From Isurus oxyrinchus (lineage: Eukaryota): DNA of 64,000 nt. The position numbers and the translations under genes are program-made. The stretch lies in the NCBI GenBank assembly GCA_026770705.1, contig JANJGN010000242.1, forward strand, positions 248,001-312,000, in the 5' to 3' direction. Shown one piece after another: positions 12,630 to 25,439 of the stretch (its first letter is position 1; each line of letters opens with the position of its first letter). The notes beneath the pieces are model-generated. The model was given only the letters and a program-made list of their open reading frames with translations, did no database searches and was not told the DNA's origin.

Positions 12630-12905
12630 GATTTGAAACAGAGATGATGCGAGTTTTCTTTCACTCAGAGGGTCGTGAGTTTTTGGAAGTCTCTTCCTGA
12701 AAAGGTGGTGGAGGCAGAGTCTTTGAATATTTTTACGTACGGCAGTTGTGGATAGATTCTTGGTAAGGGAGGGGTTATAGGTTATCGGTGGTAGGTGGGA
12801 TCACATTCAGCTTATAATCGGATCAGCCAGGAATTTATTAAGTGGCGGAGCAGGTTCGAGGAGCTGAATGGCCTACTCCTGCCCCTTGTCCGTATGGTTG
12901 TATGA
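12630..12905 (+). mobile_element. CR1 LINE 3' end
   Basis: AGAGATGA..TCACTCAGAGGGTCGTGAG..GAATGGCCTACTCCTG tail. Confidence 0.7.
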
Positions 12906-13298
12906 CCTGGCAGATAATTTCCCGCACTGAAGATCGACAGACTCGAGAGCTATCACTGTTAAAATTTCCGATGAGCCGTCACACAGCAGAATCACTTGCA
13001 CACATATTCAAAAAAATGTCCGAATCGACTCAGCGGATTATATCTCTACAATTAATCAATGCTTAAGATTTATTCACAAAGAAGACCGCGCTCAATGAAT
13101 GTTTTTCCTGTCGCATACTTTATGCTGTGACTGTCACAACCTCTGATCAAAGTCGCTACTGAAGGGTTTTATAAAGCTAGCGGCACCCCGCTCACAGCCT
13201 CCGTAGGCTGCTCGCGTTCTGACCCGCCTTACCATTACATCTGTCTCGTGCTATTGGAGAAGTCGCTGCAGCTGTTCCGGGGCTGTAAACAGGAGGGA

Positions 13299-13337
13299 GA
13301 TTTTTGTACAGGGACTGCCGCCTTTCCTCTCAGTGTG
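13299..13337 (-). promoter_or_regulatory. 23-spacer RSS
   Basis: CACACTG-23-ACAAAAATC. Confidence 0.88.
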
Positions 13338-13755
13338 GGGTTTTGTGGGGCAGTAATACACAGCGGTATCCGCGCTCTCCGTCTTCTCAATAACCAATTG
13401 GTCCCGTTTGTCCTCAGTGGAAAGCTCCAAATCGAATCGGTCCTTCATCCCTTTGCAAGCCGAGAATCTGCCTATTTTCCACTCCAGTCCCTGACCGGAT
13501 TTCTGTTTGTACCAGTACATTCCGTTAAAGCTGGACATGTCATAGGTGCAGTTTATCAGCACCGAATCCCCGCTCTGGACTGTTTTCGCAGTGGGAAACT
13601 GGGACACCTGTTACGAGCGACATTGACCTGTAAAAACATTCAGACAGCGAAACATTGAAGCAACATGTGTATAAATAGACACGCACTACAGGTTACTGAA
13701 GATATCCCTTACACTTACAAGTTAGTAACACCAGAATGATGGGGAGTAGATTCAT
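13338..13755 (-). pseudogene. TCR V pseudogene (family B); leader 13719-13755, V exon 13338-13627
   Basis: MNLLPIILVLLT leader, GT-AG intron, CQCRS*QVSQFP..INCTYDMSSFNGMYWYKQKSGQGLEW..ADTAVYYC; single TAA at 13611-13613. Confidence 0.9.
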
Positions 13756-14552
13756 TTGTACCGCGAAATGCATCCTTGCAATTAAAGTGTCAGTAAGAAA
13801 AGGAAGCAGAGCTCACATCAGCAGAGCACGGAGCGTCTGAAAGAAGTCAATAGTCGGTTAATGTAACAGCCAGGGATTCATGTTTCTGTCACGTGGTTTT
13901 GTTGCTCTTGGATTGGTTGGAAATACTCTGTTCTCGTGACATTATGTTGTTGTTTTTGACCCTTGCTCCTTTCTTCATCGGTTCCCATCGGATCATGTCA
14001 TTTGTCAAAACGCCAGGAATTTCCTTCACTCCTTGTGGTGGGAAGTGAGCAGAACGCAATAACTTTGCGGTACTGATTCTCCAAAGGGAAAAACTTGGGC
14101 TCTGGATCTTTGTAAACGTTTGAAACTCTGTACAAAGATTGCCTTAAGGAATGAAGGAAGCCGGTTGTTAAAATGCTATCTTATCAGTTCTCGTGCTGGA
14201 GTTGCACATTCAATCTCCCATAGTTGGATGATTTCTGAGTATGGATCGGGACAGAACCGAAGGGAAACCGCATTGGCGATTTTCGGTGATTCATCATACA
14301 TCTGTGTAGTGCTCCTGGGAGCATTCCCCGTGGAGCTTGTTCAATGCCCCCGCCCCCCCATCCCCCACCCCCCACCCCCCAACTAGGCGAGGTAAAGGGC
14401 GGGTTCTAGATAATAGGAAGGGAGCGAAATTTTGGCATGAAAGTCTGCCCTCAGAGTTTCACATGAATTAGCAAAGGATTGTGATTCATGAAAAGAAATC
14501 AAATGCAGGACGGTTTCAGTTTATAATTTTTCCTTTTTTCTTCCAGCAAAGA

Positions 14553-17078
14553 CACAGCTGATGCGAGGTGAGAAAATCCCTTTTTCACAGAGCTAGCAGT
14601 TGGCGTTAGGAAAGCACTGCCTGGAAGTGCGGTGGAGGCAGGTTCAACTGAATCATTCAAAAGGGCTTTGGATGATCATTGAAATACAAGCACTGTGCAG
14701 GGTTACGGGGAAAAGGCAGCAGATTGGCACAAAGTTAAAAAGCTCAGAGAGCCAGTGCAGACACGATAGTTCGAATGGCCTCCTTGTACACTGTAACATT
14801 TCTGTTATTCTGTGATATCAGATATCAGTACGTGCCTGTTGTTTAGATCATTTATATTTTTCTCTATCTTCCAGACCCAGAGTTCAACTGCCCTGCCCAT
14901 TGATTAATATTGGACGGAATGCCTTCGGTATGATGAAGGTATCCGAGTGATGACTGCAGTCTGATGGATTTGAGGTTTGCATCCTCAATTCAGAGACAAT
15001 TGTCGGAGAAATAACATTTTATTTATCGTCCAGGTTCTGATCCATCAAAGGAACATTCATATCGGCTGCCCTCTCTAGCCTGTTCTCAGGAACAATGTAT
15101 GAGGTGAGAAATTATGTGAGTGTTCAATCGCCTGTCTGCAGTTTCTCTTTAAGGAAGCTGTGCTGTAACGACACTTGACTGGTATTCAGATCAGAAAGAC
15201 ATGGTTTGCATAGCCACAATAAGGACTAGAATGAGGGGATGTATAGGATTGTGGATAAAGTGTCGGGTCCGGGGAGAAGATGAGACCATCAGGCATGCAA
15301 AGGGTATCCATGGCGATTAGATGAGCTCAGGTGCCACAGATTAATTTGTGAAGTTGATTTGCAATACACACGGAAGTGGAAAATGTCAAGTAATATATGT
15401 GTGCTGATGCACCTCGTGTGTTTACGTTGAGAGCTTTGTTCTGTTGTCTCGTTAACAAGGGCCCGGTTACTCCCACTCTGGAGGGTGAATCAACTTGTGC
15501 AGTTCCTCTTTACCGCTGTGACCACTAAATGGAATTCTCAGTGTTGGTCTCTTTCCCGGTAATTTTTCAGCTATAGTAACTCCAATCTGCGATCTTTAAT
15601 CGCCTCTGCCGGCACATCAATATTCCGGGTTTATATTTAGCATAAAAAGGCGGACTGCAGATAAATCCAAACATTTCCAAAGCCGCCCGCCTGTTAATTT
15701 GGACAAAGGCAGCGTCAGTAATGTAACTGTGCAGTAAATAGACCTGCCAGTTTTTGTCTGCTGTGATCTCGGGATCAAACCCGTCGCTAAAAAAAGCTGG
15801 TGATATTGAACAACCAGTGTGGATTGGACAGGGTGTCGTCACATATGATTCCCTTCCATGTCTGTCTGACAGATCGGATTCTGCAGTTTGTTTGATTTTC
15901 TTGGCCGCTCCTGGGAACAGTTGGCTGACAATCTGATCCATGGTGAAGGCGGTTTCGTCTACCTGTGTGTGTCTGAGCGGCTGACTCCGCCCCTGCGCAT
16001 TGTAGCTGCATGTACCGCGATTCTACACAAACACTAACAAGCAGGAGCTCCCACTAACAGTGCAAAGGCAGTTTTTCTACAGGGGTGAGACTGATTTTCA
16101 TGTGAGTCTTCAGAGCGCAGTAATAGAAGCTGCGAGATGGTCAAACTGGTGAATTTTGTGGAGTTCTGGAACTCTACAGGGAAACGACTTTTCGCAAATT
16201 CTGTCTTTTCTTCATTGTTATTAGTATCCTTGAACATTACAAACTGGGGCTGTGCATCTGTGTATTTGGGGTACCAGTATAACCTATAGCCGCTCCCTGT
16301 GGATTCATAGTTTCAGTGTAAAGTCAGCTCTTCTCTTTCTGTCTTAAAATCTGATGAGAGTGGCTGAGCGACAGAATCTCCATGAGTCCCGTCTGGAAAA
16401 AAAATAATAAAACAGAAATGTTAAGACCGACAGCTGACTGAAATCTGACTGAAGCCATGCCTGGGAAATGACAGAAAAGACGAAATGTATCCCCTTCACG
16501 ATTACCTCTCAGAATTGCTGCCCATCCAGCCCAGATTCTGAATAGCCGCATTTTAGTTGTCCGCCCTGTCAAAGGGCTGCTCGATATCTGAAGACACCCT
16601 TTCTAATCCCCGTCCTCAGTAACCTGTTGTCCAGTCACAGGAAGTTTAATCCTCACTTCCTGTGTCCCCTCTGTTGCGGCGAGACCGGCAGGTTTTGAGA
16701 GTTTGGAGAGTAACTCAAGCGCCCTGACCTGGGTTGCACTCAGTATCCTTGTAGCAGGAATGTTCCGGAGTCACAGATCATAGTTTGGGGAGGGACCCTC
16801 CCTGAACCGCTAGGGCCCAAACGGACGTTATCAAGGAGAAGGTATAATGTGTCCAAGCTTTCCCATAATGCAGTGCTATGTTGTAATTTAAGCTATCAAG
16901 AGGCTGCAAAGGGTATGGGGCGGACGACAGGAATTTATTTACAAAATAAAGTTGATTCTCCTTGCCAACAAGAATAGGGAAAATGAAGGACTGTTTCTAT
17001 CTTATTGAAATAATGAAATGTATTGCATTTTTTGTGTTCCACATTTGAACTCAATTCTACGTGACTCCCTCTCCCTCT
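14553..17078. repeat. Segmental duplicate of 1-2574 (V-containing cassette); third partial copy about 23210-24140
   Basis: Collinear similarity through the CR1 tail, downstream flank, V, leader and promoter. Confidence 0.9.
16105..16551 (-). pseudogene. TCR V pseudogene (family A)
   Basis: Leader MRLFRIWAGWAAILR; first Cys codon changed to TGA; FR3 deletion with frameshift; heptamer partly deleted; nonamer AGAAAAACT. Confidence 0.92.
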
Positions 17079-17194
17079 TCTTCCACAAGAGTTCGCTTAA
17101 ACTTGTCCATGTGATATTCCACCTTCAGTCACTCTGAATTTAATTACCAGTTATTCATTACGCTAAGAGTGCCGAAAGATATCTCGATGTTGCA

Positions 17195-19152
17195 CTGGGA
17201 GCATTGGTAAACCAGAGGATTGGGAAGCCTACAAAGACCAACAGATGAAAACTAGAAAAGAAATAAGGAGGGAGAAGATTAAATATGAGGATAAATTAGC
17301 CAGTAATGTAAAAGAAGAATGCAATAGTTTTTTTTTTAGATATATAAATGGTAAGAGAGAGGCAAACGTGGACATTGGGCCACTGGAAAATGACGCTGGA
17401 AAAGTAGTAGTGGGGAACAAAGAAATGGTGGGGGAACTGAATAGCTACCTTGCGTTAGTCTTCACGGTGGAAGACACAAGTAACATCCCCAAAGTTCAAG
17501 GGAGTCGGGGGGCAGAGGTGAGTATGGTGGCCATTACCAAGGAGAAGGTACTAGGAAAACTGGAAGGTCTGAAGGTGGATAAATCACCTATACCAGATGG
17601 ATTACACCCCAGAGTTCTGAAGGAGATAGCTGAAGAGATAACGGAGACGTTAGCGGTGATCTTTCAGGAATCGCTGGAGTCAGGGAGGGTGCCAGAGGCC
17701 TGGATAATCGCTAATGTAAACCCCGTGTTTAAGAAGGGAGTGAGGCAAAAGGGGAAATTACATGCCAATTAGCCTGACCTCGGTCATTGGTAAGATTTTA
17801 GAGTCCATTATTAACGATGAGATTTCAGAGCACTTGGAAGTGCATAGTAAAACAGGGCAAAGTCAGCATGGTTTCATCAAGGAGAGGTCGCGCCTGACAA
17901 ATCTGTTAGAATTCTTTGAGGAGGTAACAAGTAGGTTAGACAAGGGAGAGCCAATGGATGTTATCTACTTGGACTTCCAGAAGGCCTTTGACAAAGTGCC
18001 ACACAGGAGGCTGCTTAGAAGGATAAGAGCCCATGGTGTTAGAGGCAAGGTACTAGCATGGATAGAAGATTGGCTGTCCGGCAGGAGGCAGAGAGTAGGG
18101 ATAACGGGGTCCTTCTCAGGATGTCTGCTGGTGACTAGTGGAGTTCTGCAGGGGTCAGTGTTGGGACCACAACTTTTCACTTTATACATTAATGATCTCG
18201 ATGAAAGAACTGAGGGCATTCTGGCTAAATTTGTAGACGATATAAAGATAGGTGGAGGGACAGGTAGTATTGAGGAGGCGGTGAGTCTGTGGAAGGATTT
18301 AGACAGGTTAGGAGAATGTGCAAAAAAGTGGCAGATGGAATACAACGTGGGCAAGTGTGAGGTTATGCACTTTGGTAGGAAGAATAGAGACATAGACTAT
18401 TTTCTAAATGGGGAGAGAATTCAGAAATCTGGAGTGCAAAAGGACTTGGGGAGTCCTAGTCTAGGATTCCCTTAAGGTTAACTTACAGCTTGAGTCAGTA
18501 GTTAAGAGTGCAAACGCAATGTTAGCATTTATTTCGAAAGGACTAGAATATTAAAGCAGGGTTGTGCTGCTGAGGCTTTATAAGGCTCTGGTAAAACCAC
18601 ATTTGGAATATTGTGATCAATATTGAGCCCCGTATCTCAGGAAGGATGTGCTGGCCCTGGAGAGGGTCCTGAGGATGTTCATGAGAATGATCCCAGGAAT
18701 GAAAGGCTTAACATATGAGGAACGTTTGAGGGCTCTGGGTCTATACTCAATGGAGGTTAGAAGGATGAGGGGGTTCTGATTGAAACTTCCAGAATACTGC
18801 AATGCCTGGATGGGGAAGATGTTTCCATTAGTAGGAGAGACTATGACCTGAGGGCACAGCCTCACGGCAAATGGAAGACATTTGAGAACAGAGATGAGGA
18901 GACACTTTTTTAGCCAAAGAGTGGTGAAGCCATAGAATTCATTGCTACAGAAGGCTGTGGAGGCCAGGTCATTGAATGTATTTAAGACGGAGATAGATAG
19001 TTTCTTGACTGGTAAGGGGATCAAAGGTTACGGGAAGAAGGCGGGAAAATGGGGTTGAGAAACTTAGCAACCATGATTGAATGCCGGAGCAGACTCGATG
19101 GGCCGAATTGCCTGTTTTCAGCTCCTATGTCTTATGGTCTTATAGTCTTATG
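17195..19152 (+). mobile_element. 5'-truncated CR1 LINE (RT domain to 3' tail)
   Basis: YLDFQKAFDKVPH, QGSVLGPQLF, KFVDD motifs; frameshifts; (TCTTATGG)-type tail. Confidence 0.95.
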
Positions 19153-19240
19153 TTGTGACCGTCAGTTTATCTGATGAAAGGCCCGCCTTGTGTGCTCATA
19201 GAGATTGCTGCCGCTCTTCCGGACTTGTAACCAGGAGCGA

Positions 19241-19279
19241 GGTTTTTGTACAGTCAATGCTGCGTTTTGTTTCAGTGTG
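19241..19279 (-). promoter_or_regulatory. 23-spacer RSS
   Basis: CACACTG-23-ACAAAAACC. Confidence 0.9.
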
Positions 19280-19708
19280 GTGCTCAGCAGCTCAGTAATA
19301 AACCGCCGCATCAGCGCCCTCAGTGCCTTCAATGAGCAGTTGGCCGCGTTTCTCCGACTCTGAAAGATTCAGTTCAAATCGCCCGCTTCTCTCTTTGGCA
19401 GTCGATGTTTGCGTTATAATCCACTCCATTCCCTGACCGGGTTTCTGCCTGTACCAATGCATCGTGTAAAATCTGGACACCTCATAGCTGCAGTCCATCT
19501 GCACCGAATCCCCGCTCTGGACTTTTTTCGATGCGGGAGATTGAAGCACACGGTCCGAGAGACATCGACCTGGAAACGTATTCAGGGTATGAAACACTGG
19601 ATAAACGAAATTAATAACGAACAACTCACTCTGGGTATTTGTCCTGTACCTACCTGTTCGCATCGCCAGAATGACGGATAACAGCTTTAACTGTGCAACA
19701 CAACACAT
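19280..19708 (-). pseudogene. TCR V pseudogene (family B); leader ends 19654, V exon 19280-19569
   Basis: DRVLQSPASKKVQSGDSVQMDCSYEVSRFYTMHWYRQKPGQGMEW..ADAAVYY*; second Cys codon is TGA (19292-19294). Confidence 0.9.
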
Positions 19709-20432
19709 GTTTGCTATGAGAATGTCAATCGAAAAACAGGACACCGCTCACAGCAGAAGAAAGTGAATCTGGTGCAGAGATTAACATGTTGGCTGATTGA
19801 AGTCAATGTTGGATACGCAATGTCTCGGTCACGTGCTTATTTTTCCCGCTCCTCATTGGCTGGAAATTGATACTGTTCACCAGAAAGAAGGAGGTGGTTT
19901 GTACGCCGGCAGCTCATTTCTCCAGTGGTTCACGTCTGAACCGATCAGTTTGTTTGAAGAGCAGCAGCTTCTTCTGCTCCGGGTGGAGGCAAGTGAGGAA
20001 GCACATCTCTTTATGAGGGTCACTCCCGTAAGCGACGAGCCTGACACTGGGTGTTCAACTCTAGTTGAAAACGTCCCTTAAAGGATGAGTGAGCTTTCGA
20101 GGAACTGTACCTCAGTCAACAGTTAACACCATCAGGACAGCCTAAGGAGCCATTTCCTTGCAGAATGTATGGCCCCTGTGGGCTTGTGTCTCACAAAGCA
20201 ATTAGCACACTCATCATGTTCTATGAACCCCTTTCCCAGTTCGATGGGCGACCCCAATGTTATTCTAACTGTCAAGAGAGTCAACACACTTAGGAGAGTC
20301 TGGTCAACCTTTACTTATAGGATGGGTGAAGCCTGTGGAAATGAATCCCCATAACAGTACCTTTGTAGGGCCTGGCTGAAGGAAACATGCAGCGGGTATT
20401 GTGTGGGCCCGCTCGGTCTCGGCCCCACCATC

Positions 20433-20710
20433 TCTCACTGAACACCACTTTTTCCAACGTCTGATGTTGCGATGCTCTCAATACTTATAATGTCATAACT
20501 TCTCCTTCGGTGAAGATAGAATCTGGACAGACCCGTCAGTATTGCGGTCGCAGATTCGATGAATTCCGGGTCATGGTTTTGCACTTGGCCGCACCAATGT
20601 TTAGCCTCGGCACCGATGGTGTTCACAATGCACTGAGTTTCAATCAGTTAGGATAATCCCAATTTCAATCGATGATGGCATTTTCTGCCGGGTCTGAATT
20701 GCAAGTGTCT
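20433..20710 (-). pseudogene. Decayed V pseudogene (further family)
   Basis: IETQCIVN..KHWCGQVQNHDPEFI..SRF..ISIESIATSDVG, then WCSVR after a frameshift; RSS relic GATGGTG-23-ACAATACCC (20394-20432). Confidence 0.55.
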
Positions 20711-21455
20711 CTGACATTTTCCCGGAGATTCCGGTCACACTGCCATGCTGAAGTCCACTTGGCATGAACACGCACTCTCGGGGCATTTAGTCTTATTTCA
20801 GGTCTCAATTATGTCATGCTTTCTGCGGTCTTGCACAGAACTGTGATGTGGGTGAGTCAGATGTTTGTTCTAGGATCTTCATGGAGCCGGAGTCCGTTTC
20901 TCAGCCGAGTTAAAAGAGGGCCTGCTGTCTCTGACGAGACATTCAATTGTCCATTGGGGCATAGGCTGACCTTTCACCCTGTGGCGTTTGCCTTGAAACC
21001 CAGGAGTCTGAAGAAGCGAGATCCATTTTCTGAGATGGAGGAGGAGAAGATCAGATAGGTTCACATTGCCATTCCTCTCCATTTAAGAGCCCACAAAATG
21101 AGAAAGAGCCACATTTGCTTCAGAAGGATAGTGGGGGCGGAGAGGAATGAGGGCAGCACTTGTTGCAGAGATGTGGTGGAGATTGTGTGGGTTCCACAGT
21201 ATTAATGACTCTCCCATTATTCCCCCTACAATGGATTGTGAAAGCATTGACAGTGTGGATGTGAGATTAGTAAAAGTGTCTCAACTCTCCACAACTTTTC
21301 CTAGGCGAATGGGACAGCGGCTAACGTATTCCCTGCAGACGGGTGAATTCCAATCATTGAGTCCGACTGGATTCCAGGAGCGAAAAAGGATTTGAAAGCA
21401 CAGATTGGATGATTCGAAGGCTCCAGGAAAGGCCAGGGCGATTTCTGGGCTTCGT

Positions 21456-21469
21456 CTGCCACCTGTTGG
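21456..21469 (-). promoter_or_regulatory. CTCF-like motif
   Basis: CCAACAGGTGGCAG. Confidence 0.5.
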
Positions 21470-22405
21470 AGGAAATCAAAATTTCACCCCAGCAATTTCT
21501 CCTTCCATTCAGCGGTCGAGAGTTACTCTACAAAGCCGCTTAGGCAGCAACTGCCCCGAATCTGCGGTGGTGACAATTTAGCAGTTGCATGTAGTACATG
21601 ACAAAGTTCAGTGAACAGGTCAGATTTCCAGGAGACTTCCCAGCTGAAATAATAGATACAGTATAATTAACCCTGCCCTCTCCCACTGGAGGCAAAGTTC
21701 AATTCTTGCCGCTATACATTTCAGATAGTATTTTCCACGATTTTAAAGCTTTTATCTATTGTATCGATCTTTCTCTTACTAAGGTGATGGCAATAAATAA
21801 AATAAGTTACTAAAGCAATCATGTAATTATACCATTGGCATTAGTCAGTCTGTCTCCTATGATCTAGTTCGTTTTCGGAAAAAATATACTTTATTCGTGA
21901 AATATCTGAAAGAACATTACAAAGCATTTCAAAATGGCCGTCACAAAAAGAGCAATCATATTTCGGTATTCCACATAGATCATGAGGTGCTTCAATAGAA
22001 TCAATTAACATTACACACATTTCAACCTGGTCTTTACAGGCAGTCCAACCTAGTTTTTCCACACAGTCAGACAGCGCAATTGTATTTCAGGTATCTACAT
22101 AACTTTTACACTTTAATGTGCTTCAGTGCAATTGTGACACATGTAGTATTCACTGCAGTTCCATCTCTGTCGCAGGGTCAAAATCCTGGAACTTCCTAAC
22201 AGCACTGTGGCAGAACCTGCACCACATGGACTACAGCGGCTCAGGAAGATAGCTCACCACCATGTTCTCAAGGGGCAAATAGGCATGGACAATAAGTGTT
22301 GGCCCAGCCAACGAAGCCCACATCCCATGAATGAATAACAAATAATAGTGAATAGGTCTTCCAGGAGCCTGTAGAAAACCTCACACCGAGAGTTCCAGTC
22401 TGTGC

Positions 22406-22419
22406 CCACTAGAGGGCTC
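22406..22419 (+). promoter_or_regulatory. CTCF-like motif
   Basis: CCACTAGAGGGCTC preceded by TTCCAGT, resembling the CTCF upstream motif. Confidence 0.6.
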
Positions 22420-23522
22420 CCTCACACCAATGAGGAGGAGGGAGGATTCAGGCTCCACAGTGACTTTCAAGGAGACCTGCCTCATCTATCAGAAAACAGC
22501 ACAAAACTGAGTTGTGCAATGCTGAAGCTTTATCCCGCTTGATAGATCCTGGAATTTCCTCCCTTGACCACAGTCTTCTCTCCTTTATGCATATTTCCAG
22601 TTTGAATGCAGGTGACAATGAATTCTGGACTTACAGTATATTTCGACTCGCAATAGAAACCAAAGTCGAGTTTCATAAAAGCATCGATTTATTTTTTTCA
22701 TCTTTTGCTGTTGTATCTTTGCTGGTATTCCCATCTACCTGCTGCTTTTGTGCTTCTAGGTGGTAGCAGCCGTGGGTTTGGAACGAGGTGTCCAAGGACC
22801 CTTCGTGAATTCCTGTATGGCAACTTGTAGATGGTAAACACTGCTGTTACTGTGCGTCGGTGGTGGAGGGAGTGAATGTTTGTGAATGTGGTGCTAATCA
22901 AGAAGCGTGCTTTGTACTGGATGGTTTCAAGCTTATTGAGTGCTGTGGGTGATGCACTCACCCAGGTAATTGGAGAATATCCCATTAAACTCCTCACTTT
23001 TGCCTTGTAGATGGTGGACAGGCTTGTGGAGTGGGGAGTAAGTTGCTGGCCTGCCTCTAACCTGATCTTACAGCCACAGTATTTATATGGCTAGTCCTGT
23101 ACAGCCTTGTGATGATTAAACCAAGCATTGAGCACCCTCAGTGTCTATTCTGTTTGTGGATGACTCCATCATTCTAGAATGTATTCCTTCTCCATTAACC
23201 TTGATCAACTGGTGATGTCGAGCAACCAGTGAGGATTGGACAGGGTGTCTTTAGGTATAATATCTTTTATTGGCCTATCTGACCGATCGGATTCTGCAGT
23301 GTGTTTGAGTTTCCCGGCTTCTCCTGGGAACAGTTGGGTGACAGTTTGATCTGAGGTTCATTTGGTTTCCTCTCACTGTATGTTTCTGAGTGGCTGGCAG
23401 CGTCGCTGTGCATTGTAGCTTCATCCTCCCGCGATTCTACAGAAACTCCAAGAGGCAGGAGCGCCCATTAACAATGCAAAGGCTGGTTTTGTACAGAGGT
23501 GAGACTGATTTTCATCACTGGA

Positions 23523-23989
23523 AGCCTGAAAGCGCAGTAATAGATGGCAGTGTCAGTCAGCTGCAGACCCGAGATGGTTAATCTGGTGACTTTAGTGGTG
23601 ATCTGGAGCACTATAGAGAAACGACTTCTCACAAATTCTGCTTTACATTCATTGTTAGCAGTATCCTTCAACAGTACAAACTGGGGCTCTGTATCTGGGT
23701 GTTGTCGGTACCAGTATCACGTATAGCTGCTCCATGTTGTATCATAGTTACAGTTTAAAATCACCTCTTCTCCTTCTGTCTTAACATCTGATGGGAGTAG
23801 CTGAGTGAAAGAATCTCCATGACTCTGGTCTGGAAAAAAATATAGTAAGACAGAAAAGTTAAGGCCGACAGCTGATTGAAGTATGATTGTACCCATGCCT
23901 GGGAAATGAGATAAAAGATGAAATGTATTCCCTTCACGATTAACTGTCAAAATAGCTGCCCACCCAGCCCAGATGCAGAGTAGCCGCAT
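23523..23989 (-). pseudogene. TCR V pseudogene (family A)
   Basis: Leader MRLLCIWAGWAAILT with donor GT changed to TT; TGA at 23717-23719; TDTAIYYCAFR; heptamer TCCAGTG-23-ACAAAACCA. Confidence 0.92.
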
Positions 23990-24139
23990 TGTCGCTGTCC
24001 ACCCTGTCAAGGAGCTGCTCGATATTTGAAGACACCCTTTCTAATGCCCGCCCTCAATAGTCTGTTGTCGTGTCTCAGGATGTTTGCACCTCACTTCCTG
24101 TGTCCCCTGTGGTGCGGCGAGACCGAAAGATTTTGAGAG

Positions 24140-24460
24140 ATCAGAGAGTCAGTGAGCAGGATTAAACGTGAGCGACACGATGTTAGATCAGGGACAGGTA
24201 GAGACAGTGTCAGTGAGAAATATTGAATGTGAATGACCGCGTGTGAGGTCAGAGACAAGCTGAACTGGTGTCAGTGAGAAAAATTGAATGTGGGCGGACC
24301 GGTGTGAGCTCAGAGACAGGTTAAGCCGGTGTCTGTGTGAAATATTGACAGTGGGCAGTCCAGTCTGAGCTCAGAGACAGGTTGAGCCGGTGCCACTATG
24401 AAATATTGAATGTGGGCGGTCAAGCCTGCACTCAGAGACAGGGTGTGCCCATGTCAGTGT
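24140..24460. repeat. About 59-bp tandem repeat, about 5 diverged copies
   Basis: Repeating GTGAGCTCAGAGACAGG..GTGTCAGTGAGAAATATTGAATGTGGGCGG. Confidence 0.85.
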
Positions 24461-24636
24461 GAAACCTCGAGCGGCTAAATCCCGAGACTCGGCATCTTCC
24501 GTTGGTATGAGAGGAAGGCGCCTGTGAGTTGAACCTAAAGCTCCTTGTTGAATCTTCTGAATATAATATCCTTCTCCTGCTTCTAACCTGACCTCTTTGA
24601 ACAATTGTTTCAACCGCCATTTTATCGGACCTGACA

Positions 24637-24966
24637 ATGCTTAGAATTCACAAAATCGCTTGGCTGTTTTTCACCCTCTACATGGAGGTGACTGGAGAAG
24701 GTGAGGTGATACAGCTCTCTCGGCAGATGGTTGTTAGTGAAGCAGGAAATGTATCCATGAACTGCACCACCATTACTGTATTCAGTGTCGTGTACTGGTA
24801 CAGGCAGCTCACCAGTCAACCTCACTAGCGTCTGGTGATGCTCACAAGAGGATCTAATCAGCACGAGAGAATCACTGATTCAGTCGGTGGAGATAGCACA
24901 CTCAACACCATGACTGTGAGTGACACTTGGCTCCGTAACACTGCCACCTATCTTTGCGCCATAAGA
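24637..24966 (+). pseudogene. Inverted single-exon leader+V TCR segment (family C), one nonsense codon
   Basis: MLRIHKIAWLFFTLYMEVTG-EGEVIQL..SMNCTT..VYWYRQLTSQPH*RLVM..NTATYLCAIR with no intron; TAG at 24826-24828. Confidence 0.9.
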
Positions 24967-25004
24967 CACAGTGTAACAAAAGAAGTCAAGCCCAAACAAA
25001 AACC
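24967..25004 (+). promoter_or_regulatory. RSS with 22-nt spacer
   Basis: CACAGTG-22-ACAAAAACC. Confidence 0.9.
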
Positions 25005-25439
25005 TGCAACATGTCGGAGTTCCTCTCCACTCTGTTTGGGACAGGTATTGTGAGTGGCACGACTATACATTTCCAAGTGCAGGGCAATGAGCTCAATTAA
25101 AAAACAAATGTATGTACAGGAGAAACAGTTAAATGAAGCTTCAAATAAAGAGATGCAGAGTAAAATGGAGACCAAGCATGCAAGTCGGAATGAGTAAGAG
25201 AGACAGGAAAAGCTTTGTTACCACACGGGACCAGGGAAAGAAAAGAAAGGCAAGGTGGAAAATTGAAAGATAAGCTACCCAGGAAGCATGGGGACAATGT
25301 GTCCACTGTTTTGGATTCAGTGTCAGGACGTGAATTTCGTTGAAGAAACGAATTAAGGAAAGGGTTACAACAAAGGCAATGCTTTGAAACTGGTGTCACT
25401 GTTTTTTATATGTTCTTATGTCATTGTCAGCCCTGGTTC

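Noticed and set aside
13608-13627. Alternative acceptor TAACAG that might skip the stop in the family B V
   Set aside because: It is phase 0, while the leader donor is phase 1, so the product is out of frame
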